DNA of 64,000 nucleotides, the filler included, from Reticulomyxa filosa (lineage: Eukaryota > Protista > Foraminifera), in the NCBI GenBank assembly GCA_000512085.1. It is 14 parts of 14 records of this genome, joined end to end, with 100 filler letters (N's around TTAATTAATTAA, not from the genome) between each part and the next. Parts side by side here need not be neighbours in the genome. Positions count along the whole stretch, not along the records: positions 63,001 to 64,000 come from ASPP01043905.1; 13 more parts are not named here. One strand, written 5' to 3'. Positions within the stretch are counted from its first letter, which is position 1. Every line of letters begins with the position of its first letter. This document shows, piece by piece, positions 63,461 through 64,000 of the stretch. The position numbers and the translations under genes are program-made. The notes under the pieces were generated by a model. It made no database searches. It worked only from the letters and a program-made list of their open reading frames with translations, and was not told the DNA's origin.

Positions 63461-64000
63461 CAACAGTCTAGTTTTAAAAGTTCAAAATCACAACCCACCT
63501 AAAACACATTGTAATTTTTTTTTTAATAGTCCCCTTTTTTTTTTTATGGACTTTTTTTTTTGCACCAGCTTTGGTGATGGTCTTCGTACTCCTATTTTCA
63601 AACAAAAAAAATTGCTGTTTGCATAGAACATTGCAAACATAATCTTAATAACACTGAAAAGAGGGGGGGGGGCGGAAAAAATTGAAATTCAATTACCAAA
63701 CCAAACTGAAGCAGCCCAAAGATTACGTCGATGATGCTGCTGCCAATTCATAATCAAATAATAGCTTTTTTGATTTTCACAATACTGCGTTTTTGATTTG
63801 TCAAGATTTAAAATTAATTTGTAGTTGCTCTTGTGGAAACGTTGGTTTTTCTTTTCCATCTGTGTGATGCACACGCGATTGAACATAGAGCCCAAGTTAC
63901 TCAATCGGGATAGTAGATGTATTCTAATGGTATACATAACGACCATTTGTCACGTTCGTTCACTGATTTATTTGCTCCCTTTTTTGTTCTTTTTTCCGTT

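Noticed and set aside
1-64000. tRNA, rRNA, CRISPR arrays and telomeric repeats
   Set aside because: None recognised by eye; tRNAscan-SE and Infernal were not run, so short ncRNAs could have been missed.

Overview
AT-rich, intron-containing eukaryotic (protist) DNA. The window is not one contiguous locus: it is 14 assembly fragments joined by 13 identical 100-bp artificial linkers (N44-TTAATTAATTAA-N44), so gene neighbourhoods across linkers mean nothing. The expanded WD40 family, NACHT-like and retroelement pseudogenes, poly-A/poly-T and (TA)n introns and Asn-rich ORFs suggest a foraminiferan such as Reticulomyxa filosa; this is an inference, not a database result. Recognisable genes: SLBP-like protein with an extra C2HC zinc finger, coiled-coil/SPRY protein, MSH2, a divergent actin-related protein, two orphan 7TM receptor-like genes, PARG, a small spliced twin-CX9C (mS37/CHCHD1-like) gene missed by the ORF track, an FGD-like DH-PH-FYVE RhoGEF, a cGMP-dependent kinase-like gene, a PX-PH-coiled-coil protein with a His-rich tail, an RGS protein, anoctamin/TMEM16, a plant-type MTA/SAH nucleosidase, a DUF2439-like protein and several WD40 genes or relics. 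Also present: decayed RNase H-bearing non-LTR retrotransposon fragments, a 153-bp CACTA-ended element with perfect 46-bp inverted repeats, a small hairpin repeat family, and one GC-rich bacterial ABC-transporter fragment that is probably a contaminant. The most unusual genome-wide signal is that many 3' splice sites fixed by protein conservation are preceded by poly(A) rather than polypyrimidine tracts. Exon boundaries were read by eye and are approximate.
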